A stretch of DNA of 64,000 bases from Amoebophrya sp. A120 (taxonomy: Eukaryota > Protista > Dinoflagellata). The position numbers and the translations under genes are program-made. Where the stretch lies: NCBI GenBank assembly GCA_905178155.1, contig CAJINV010000001.1, positions 9,135,865 through 9,199,864 on the forward strand, written 5' to 3'. The notes under the pieces are model-generated. The model saw nothing but the letters and a program-made list of their open reading frames with translations. It was not told where the DNA came from and made no database searches. Positions 56,466-64,000 of the stretch are shown one piece after another; position 1 is the first letter of the stretch; the number at the start of each line of letters is the position of its first letter.

Positions 56466-58385
56466 ATGACGAAGACAGGCGCGACCCTCGGGCGTCGTCC
56501 GACGAAAAATGGAGCACTGTTGTGCGTCGCATTTCTCTTTCTGCATCACGCGGAGGCGCTGAGCATGAACCAGGGTACGAGGCGCCCAAGAGAGAGGTTT
56601 CTGGCGGCTTCCTGGAGCTGGAGTTGCAGCTTTTTACCCGGTGGCTGTAAAAGGCGCCGCACTGATGCAACCGGGTCGTCAGGCGCCGGCGGTGCTGTCG
56701 GTTCCGCCTCGGATGCAGCAGCGGCTAGTGCCACTATTGCAGAACAAGGTGAAGTCGTTTCCGCAGGTGCGTCCTCTAGCGCTGCGGGTTCGGCACAGGC
56801 CACTGCTGATGCACCCTCGTCCACAGAGAAAAAGCCGGGGTACAAAGGCGCGCCTTTGCAATACCACCAGATTTTGGGAAAAAACGGAGACTCGCCGCGC
56901 TGCCTCAACGGGGAACCCGCGGGCTACTTTACCGAAGTCGTAGACGACAAGGAGAAGCTTGCTGCCAAACTTGCGAACGGCTTGTTGATCGAACTGGAGG
57001 GAGGGGGCTGGTGCGGGGACAAAGGCGGTGACGTATTGACCGACTGCGCAGAGCGCGCGGGCAAGACGTGGAAAACAGGGGAAACAGGGTACGGCAGCGC
57101 AGTGCCGACGTCGTGGGAACAGTTCGACCGTAAAGCGAAAGTGATGGAAACAGTCGAGAGGGAGAACCACACGCGCTACGCCTTCAAGGATTCGTGGGCG
57201 GAGCGTTTCTTCTACGTCTACGTGCCATACTGCGACGGAACGGCGTTCACTGGCGATTTGAAGGATCCGGTAACGGCCACCGATGGTACTGAGATGCATT
57301 TTCACGGCAAACGCATCCTGGACAGTGTCATGGCGGAACTCGCGGACCGTTTCTTTGCGCCGCCGTTTGTGCGCACGATCGAGACCCTCCCGCCGAAGGA
57401 GGAGGCAGTGCCAAACGAGTACTATCTCGGAGCTGGAAACGGCAGTGCGGCGCGCGTGATCTTGTACGGGCATTCCGCCGGAGGCCTGGCCACGTTCTAC
57501 GCGATTGACCGAGTAAACGCCATGCTGCAGGAGTATTGGACCGCCGCCCACCAAACTCCCGAGGTCAGCATGGAACCCAAACCGCTTGTTGTGCGCGGTG
57601 CGTCGCAGTCTGGATTCTTTGTTCAGACACCGGCAGTGTTTGGCGATGGAAATACTGAAAATGTCTTTGGTAGGTCGATGGAGCGGCTGATGGAAGCGGT
57701 CAACGGTTACGATTCTTTGAACGACAAATGCCTGCAAAAGTTTCCAGACGACAAGAAGAAGTGTTTGCACCTCCAGTATTTCGGCGACCTGCTTGAATCG
57801 CCGATGTTCGTCATGCAGAGTAAGTACGACCAGTCAGAAATCGACTACTTTTTGACTGCCAAGTGCGCCTTTTGGTCGAACGAAGTCTGTGTCAATCCGC
57901 AAGTGCCGGATTCTATCGAAGATATTAATAATTATGATTGGCTTCCTGCCACTGGGAGCGACGTGATCAAGTGGGTGCAGACTTTCCGGTTTCCTGGTAC
58001 CCAGTCGACGAACATAGAGGAACAGTGGTGGAAGAACTCGGCGAATCCCAAACGTGACTACAAGGATTGGAACCTGGATTGCTGCTTTTTTCACGAGCTT
58101 GCCACGATCAAGAATCTGTTCCAGCTGCACATGCACCAGAGCGAAAAGATGACGCAGAAGCGCAACGAGCGCGGCCAGCCGCAGCACAGCCATTTCTATC
58201 TGGACTGCATCGCACACACGGTATTGGGTATGGATCCCAAGCACCCCTCCTCCCAGGTGAACGGACAGACGATGGACGAGGCGTTCGTGCTCTGGGGAAT
58301 GGACGAGAATGCCGTGGTGCAAGTCATCGACGAAAAGGAGTGGAAGCCTTCCGATGCGGAAAAGACGTGCGTTCGTGCGCCTTAA
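56466..58385 (+). CDS. Secreted pectin acetylesterase / Notum-family alpha/beta hydrolase
   Basis: CLNGEPAGYF, LEGGGWC, YVPYCDG..FTG, HFHGKRI, GHSAGG nucleophile, QSKYD, DCIAH; N-terminal hydrophobic signal. Confidence 0.9.
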   Translation: MTKTGATLGRRPTKNGALLCVAFLFLHHAEALSMNQGTRRPRERFLAASWSWSCSFLPGGCKRRRTDATGSSGAGGAVGSASDAAAASATIAEQGEVVSAGASSSAAGSAQATADAPSSTEKKPGYKGAPLQYHQILGKNGDSPRCLNGEPAGYFTEVVDDKEKLAAKLANGLLIELEGGGWCGDKGGDVLTDCAERAGKTWKTGETGYGSAVPTSWEQFDRKAKVMETVERENHTRYAFKDSWAERFFYVYVPYCDGTAFTGDLKDPVTATDGTEMHFHGKRILDSVMAELADRFFAPPFVRTIETLPPKEEAVPNEYYLGAGNGSAARVILYGHSAGGLATFYAIDRVNAMLQEYWTAAHQTPEVSMEPKPLVVRGASQSGFFVQTPAVFGDGNTENVFGRSMERLMEAVNGYDSLNDKCLQKFPDDKKKCLHLQYFGDLLESPMFVMQSKYDQSEIDYFLTAKCAFWSNEVCVNPQVPDSIEDINNYDWLPATGSDVIKWVQTFRFPGTQSTNIEEQWWKNSANPKRDYKDWNLDCCFFHELATIKNLFQLHMHQSEKMTQKRNERGQPQHSHFYLDCIAHTVLGMDPKHPSSQVNGQTMDEAFVLWGMDENAVVQVIDEKEWKPSDAEKTCVRAP

Positions 58386-58509
58386 TAAGCGCCTCCACCG
58401 GAGCCATCGTCGGACAGTCCGCTGCACGCTGAGGACTCACGGAGTTGCTCCATTTAACTATTATTTTCAGTGTGATGTGAAAAAAAATGAAAACGACTAT
58501 ACGGTCGAA

Positions 58510-58863
58510 GAATAGCAACGCGCAGGTAGTCAAACCAGACTTCCGCGCGCCTTATTACCGGGAAGAATCATATTTGTTATGTGGTAGATGTATGATTTGT
58601 TATTGAGCCGTCCCCAATCTTTGATGTGTAAAAAAAGTAAATCACTATTGTTAAAACGAAAACTACCACACAAAACGGAATCGCACTGCGCCAAACACTG
58701 AGTTGACGACGACTTCAGCGGTCTACTAGCAGTGAATAGCAAAAAACGGGTAGTCAAACCAGACTCCCGCTCGCCTTATTTGTCGACCTTGGAAAACCAT
58801 ATGTGTATGTGTTACTGTTATCAGGTGAAGCACATGAATCGGGTGTTGGTAGATGTATGATTT
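58510..58863. repeat. Degenerate tandem duplication (~225-265 bp period)
   Basis: GGTAGTCAAACCAGACT(T/C)CCGC(G/T)CGCCTTATT at 58525 and 58749; TGGTAGATGTATGATTT at 58582 and 58847. Confidence 0.8.
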
Positions 58864-60308
58864 AGGTCATCATTGAGAACCCAAATAACTTAGATGTTTA
58901 CAGTGAACTAAAAAAATCATTTTCAAACGAAGATGCGAAAAGGACATGCAACGAAGCACACACCGCGCATTAAAGGGTGAAGTTTTTCGCGGCTGGGTAA
59001 TCAGTTGAACCAGGAACGCGGTTCGTGGTTGCCAGCTCGCGCAAAAATCAATATTAAGAAACGAATTGGACGGGGTGGACATTGATTGTACCGCCTACCT
59101 CCTATTCCGAAACAAAAGTAGAACGCAACACGATATCTGAACACATAATTCTACTACATGATCGTGATAATTCACGATGATAACACTAGGGCCTATCTTT
59201 GGCACTGCGTACATTCAGAAGTTGCACGAGCGCGAGGACTTCCATGTTGATGTTCCTCGTGCCGTCTGCTAATACAGGCACGCACTGAATATGTCTCCGT
59301 ATAAGTACAGAGAAATGCGGTAGTCGCGTAGTCTCGATGATGAAGCGTGTGTTTTTATGGTCCTGGCTCGCCTGATAGTGTTTTCTTTTTCTTCAACACT
59401 ATCAAAGAACGCATTGTTTTTATGCTCTGAGTGCTAACATTGGTGGAAAGAAGGAGGAAACATCATGTAGTTCATAAAAGCATACATAGCATGCACTTCA
59501 TGATTGAATACCGGAATTATCCGGTCTTCTGCAAGACAGTGTGACCTGCGAAAGACGTTTTGTTCCATGCGGCAACCAAAATCTTCCGGATCCGCTGAAA
59601 AAAAGTTCTGTGGCAGAGGGCCAGCTTGTGTTTCGTTCTGCCAGCTATTCTCTGCGTGGTAAGCCGGTTCTTTGTCCAAGTTGAGGTCTTACTTGGTCTA
59701 CCACCGTCTAGCTTTACTGAGCAGCGTGCAATGCATGTCGAGAAAACCCACTGCTGTGGAACTAGCAGTTTGAAACTTTTGAATTTTGCTAGAAATCCAA
59801 TAGCAAAACACGATCTTTTTTTCCGTTCTACCTCTTTTGGATCACCCTCTCTGAAAGCAAGTAGGAGTGCACGAGAAAATACATACAAATTGACAAGAAG
59901 CTGCATGCTCTAACTAAGGTGAAGAACCGTGCGTGATCTGCAGGTTCAACATAAGCAGTCTCTTTGCACCATTGCTCACGAATTTACTTTCTCTATTTGT
60001 TCTTTTCAGCGACCGACAATAGCTTTTTAGCAACGACGCGCATTCTAGCCCTACGTAACTTTGCTCTTGAAATTAGGGATTTTGTTCACACATTAGATAT
60101 GATTCCACGACACTGGACCTGAATGTAAAAGCTGGTCCTTTGTCTACACGTATTGGCGACTCTGTGTACGCGATTTTTGGAACGCTAGCGACGTCAACAT
60201 AGGCTACTTTCTTTTCGTATCAACTTTATTTTTACCGACTGTTCTTACTTTTGCTTTAGAATTCAGAAGATTCGCCGGACTTCTTACTGAAGACAAACAT
60301 ATTTCATC

Positions 60309-61847
60309 ATGTCGGCCCAAGGGCTCCCCGCGCATATTTTAACCCTGTTCGGGCCAAGACCACCAGCGGAACCGCTTCCGCCCAGCACCACATGCCATCG
60401 TATAAAACGCGGCATGACGGGGGTCGCAGACTTCATGGGCGAGTTCGAAGACACGGAACCACCAGCAAAGGGCGTGTAAAAAAATTTTTTTTTGTTTGCT
60501 TCTATGTCCCCAGCATTGATTGGTTTAGAGTGTTTCCTTTAGACCTTCTTTACTGGCACTTGTTGGAAACTGTGCACGACGCTGACGGGCTCTTTTGTTG
60601 TACCGAGATTAGTGGGACGGAACAGAACATATGCGCCAACAGCGGTATGGGACCAGAGACGCAAGCATTAGTATGGAACATGAATTTCCCCAATTACTAC
60701 ACAGCTACGAAGCGCCCCGGGACATGAAGCTGCGCAAGCTCAAGGAAAAATTCGAGAATCATTTGAAAAAGATAGCAGATCTGAGAAACGAGTACGATCC
60801 CATGAACATCAAAAACGCGACCGACGACCCACTAAAAACCGTGTTTGTGGCACGAATTTCCTACGACACCTCGGAGAAGAAGCTGCGCCGCGAGTTCGAG
60901 CAATACGGGGCTATCCACAAGTATTTATTTCGCGACGATAGTTTTTGTTTTCTACGCAGTATTCTCTAAGCTCTTAAGCAGACATTTACTCGCAGAAAAC
61001 TCGACAGTGCCCAGACAGTATCTCGCCCACCTAGAGGCGAGCACACATGTTGTTTTCTACGCCGCTGGTCTCATCATGTCATCGTGATGTAGCTTCGTGC
61101 TAGCTTTGATTTTTTTATCGATGTAAAAATCATCAGGATCAAGATGGTCTTCGACACGAAGTCTGGCAAACCCCGCGGTTACGCTTTCATAGAGTACGAA
61201 GACGAGCGTGACGCGAAGAAAGCTTACAAGGACGGCGACGGCCGCAAAATCGATGGGCGAAGGGTCATGGTGGACATCGAGCGAGGAAGTATTTTGGATT
61301 TTTTTGTCCATACCTTCACGCGGCTTATGTCGGTAGATCAATATTTATTGTGCACAAAGTGAGACACCAGCAGCACTACACGAGCATAATATCCTACCAA
61401 GAAAAAATAAAAGATTATTTATCATGTTCTTTCCGCAACAAATAACCTGCAGGAACAAGCGAAGGGTGGTTTCCGCGCCGACTCGGTGGCGGCCGCGGCA
61501 GCGGGAGAAAACCGAAGGGCGACAAGGCCAAGAAGCTCGCTGAGCTCTCCAAGGGCGGCGACGACAAGGAGAAGGATCGCGACCGCAAGCGCGACCGGGA
61601 GCGGGAACGGGATCGCGACCGGAAGGAGAAGGACGGGCGCGACCGCGAGCGCGACCGAGAGCGGGAGAGGGAGAGGGAACGACGCGACCGCAGCGAGTAC
61701 GACGCGCCGCGGGACCGCGAAAGGGAAAGAGAGCGCCGGGGGGACGACCGCGACCGAAGAGGGGGTGGAGGTGGAGATTACAAGCGGGGTCGGGACGACC
61801 GCGAAGATCCCCGGGACGATAGGAAGAAGAGAAGGCGGGAGGACTGA
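60309..61847 (+). CDS. SNRNP70: U1 snRNP 70 kDa protein; exons 60309-60475, 60705-60920, 61137-61288, 61453-61847
   Basis: [16 protein letters not shown]-terminus; YDP…[30 protein letters not shown]; [12 protein letters not shown]; [23 protein letters not shown]; RD/RE tail. Three GT-AG introns keep the frame to TGA 61845-61847. Confidence 0.96.
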
Positions 61848-62541
61848 GGCCGCTGTGTTTGTTGGAAAGAACAAATTTGAAACGGAATTTTTCTTTTCAA
61901 ACATTGAGTACAAGTTTTATTTTTCAAACACTAACGCACACACGGATGTCGTGACCACGGAGGATCCATGATGTCATAATCTAACGAAGATCTGTGCCGA
62001 GTTAGGTTTGTTGGCTCGCGACAATGTCCGAAAGAACGGAGAAAAGAAGCGGATTTTTTCTTCGCCAGACTCTCGCGGTCTTTACGGTGCAGACCTCAAC
62101 GCTCAAAGCTACGATCACTGTTTTCGCTTGTCGGCTGCATGAAATTTTTATCTGGTTCCGAATCGCCGCTCCTATTTTCTAATCGACCAAAGAAGGTCTC
62201 GGATTTGGCTGTTTTCTTTTTAATCATCATCATGGATTATTACGTTGTTTTTAAACCTCTAGTATGATCCGTTCTGAACTTTTCATGCTTAGAACGCAAA
62301 GCTGCTGGACTTCGGAACAATTGATAATTATCCAGGCATTGTGAATTAGGTTTGGAACAAGGAGCATTCCAGTCTTGAGTTAAGTTTTTCTGGCTACGTC
62401 CGCTATAAACACAATTGCGTGCTATGATCATGACGACAGCCTTTACAAAGCGTCCCGTACTACCAAAACGCGACGTCGCCCACGACGCACAATAATCACA
62501 TCCTTGAAAACAAGTACAGAAGTACCGAACAAATCGCAAAA

Positions 62542-64000
62542 ATGGTCTTTCAGCAGAACCCGCTGCAGCAAGGCGTGCTGAAGGCGGAGGTGCATCCTCC
62601 GCGGCACGCCCAGGCGATCAATCGGCAGCTGGAGAAACAAGTCCCCGTCCTCGGCGTTAAGCGGGCCATTCGTGGCGGGAGCCGGAACCCGATCTTTTAC
62701 GCGCAAGAGACCGTGTCCGGCCTCCAGAAGGAGCTGTGTGAAGACCTGCACGACCAATACGCGTTGTTCCGCCAGGAAACGGGGCCGCTATTCACAAAGA
62801 ATTTCAGAAATCGAAACACGGAGCAGGCGGTGAAGTTACTCACCGGCTTCAGTGAGGAACTCTACAAGACGTTTCACACAGCGAGAGATGCGGTAGGTTT
62901 TTTTTCGTGCTTCAATTGCATTTCTTGATTTTTGTTTCACTCTGACACCGTACGTTATAATTCGACTTTCACATGGATGCTGTACCGCCAACGTAGACTA
63001 GAGTCGCCGAAGAATCTTATCGTTTTCAACCTAACACCAACAGCTTCGGCGCGCCATCCACGACCTGGCGCCGCGCACCCAGGTGAGCCCGAACCGGACC
63101 GCGAGCCGCAAGCCGCCGCTGACAGGTACCACGGTCTTGAGCAGCAGCAGCCGGAGCTGTACCCCAGAGCAGCTGCAGATTCTGCAACAGGAAGAGCAGG
63201 GTCTCGTCCTCGGATTGGCGTACTGGGAGCTCGCGCACATCTTGCTTTTCGACCTGTACGCAGAGCACCAGGTCCCCCTGCTGATTGCGAAGTGGTACAC
63301 GCGGCACTACTTGGATGAGTTTCTCCTCTACGGGAGGCAACCCGCCGACAAGTGGGCGCTGGTGATCCAGTTGATTCAGCTGGACTTGAAAGACGAAGCG
63401 CTGGGCTGTCTGAAGGAGCTCGCGGAAGAGGAACAAAACATCCGCGTGGTCCAGCAGGGCGGGAGGAACAACAATTACGCGCTGTCTCCGGGGGTGATGA
63501 GTAACGGAAGTAGCGGGGTAATTATAAATAATGCGGACAAAACGGACACAGAAAAGGATATCGAGGTGCTGATCGAGGTGATACAGCAAACGCTCACGCA
63601 CAAGCAGACTTTCGACGCGGTCGTGCGGGAGGGCCAGGACCCCTTTTCCGGAAACAAGGACTTTTTCCTCATCTCCGCCACGGAGCGCTACTGGCAGATG
63701 CGCGCCGCGCAGCAGGAGATCGCCCGGGACCGGCTGATGGATGTGTGCACGGAGCCCGCGAAGGAACTGCTTTCCATCTACGCCGGCGAGCGAGTCACGG
63801 CAACCAGCTGGGTGCAGCAGCTGCTGTTTCGCTACTTGTGGCAGAAAGTCGAGGTCGTGCCCGGGATGAGTCTTGCGACCGCGAAAAGCGTATACTTTGC
63901 TTTTGGGTTACAGAAAGGATTTTTATTCGCATATTTGTTCATCTTTCGTGCATGCCGAAGTTGGTTGCAAGTGCAACTACGATCGAATGATTTTTGTGGC
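62542..64000 (+). CDS. Nucleoporin Nup85-like, 5' part (exons 62542-62892, 63044-~63889; runs off the window)
   Basis: Exon 2 reads WELAHILLFD…LLIAKWYTRH…WALVIQLIQLDLKDEALGCL…LLSIYAG…SWVQQLLFRYLW, collinear with Nup85 motifs as I recall them (W.LCEILF / LL.W…H / FW..V..L…G…EA…L / W…L…LLY). Confidence 0.6.

Noticed and set aside
58870-60250. Short ORFs between the PAE-like gene and U1-70K
   Set aside because: Lower GC, no coding-like composition or homology recognisable.
1-64000. Dinoflagellate spliced-leader (CCGTAGCCATTTTGGCTCAAG) relics, rRNA or snRNA genes
   Set aside because: None seen by eye; a covariance-model search would be needed to exclude divergent copies.

Overview
Gene-dense eukaryotic (alveolate) genomic DNA. 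The short AT-richer introns, TIR/TSD 'introner' elements and unidirectional gene blocks fit a syndinian dinoflagellate such as Amoebophrya; this is inference, not a database result. Every credible gene from 1 to ~23 kb is on the minus strand and every one from ~25.6 kb to the end is on the plus strand, with a divergent strand-switch region between. Recognisable genes: HPS5/TECPR2-like beta-propeller, selenoprotein W (in-frame TGA plus a candidate SECIS, missed by the ORF track), RIIa-domain protein (RIIAD1-like), MetAP1, ALG2, pectin-acetylesterase/Notum-like hydrolase, U1-70K and a Nup85-like gene. There are also three lineage-specific paralog arrays: 2 unknown genes, 4 RRM-like genes and 3 signal-peptide RING genes. 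The most striking signal is a set of transposon-derived introns. Three are TATC...GATA elements with 5-bp TSDs and no GT-AG option; they share a ~31-bp-periodic internal motif, and one carries a nested poly(A) retro-insertion. A canonical intron carries the same motif without TIRs. A separate 9-bp-TSD element creates a perfect GT-AG intron and carries a 52-bp perfect palindrome abutting telomere-like repeats. All gene models are read by eye from genomic DNA, without transcript data.
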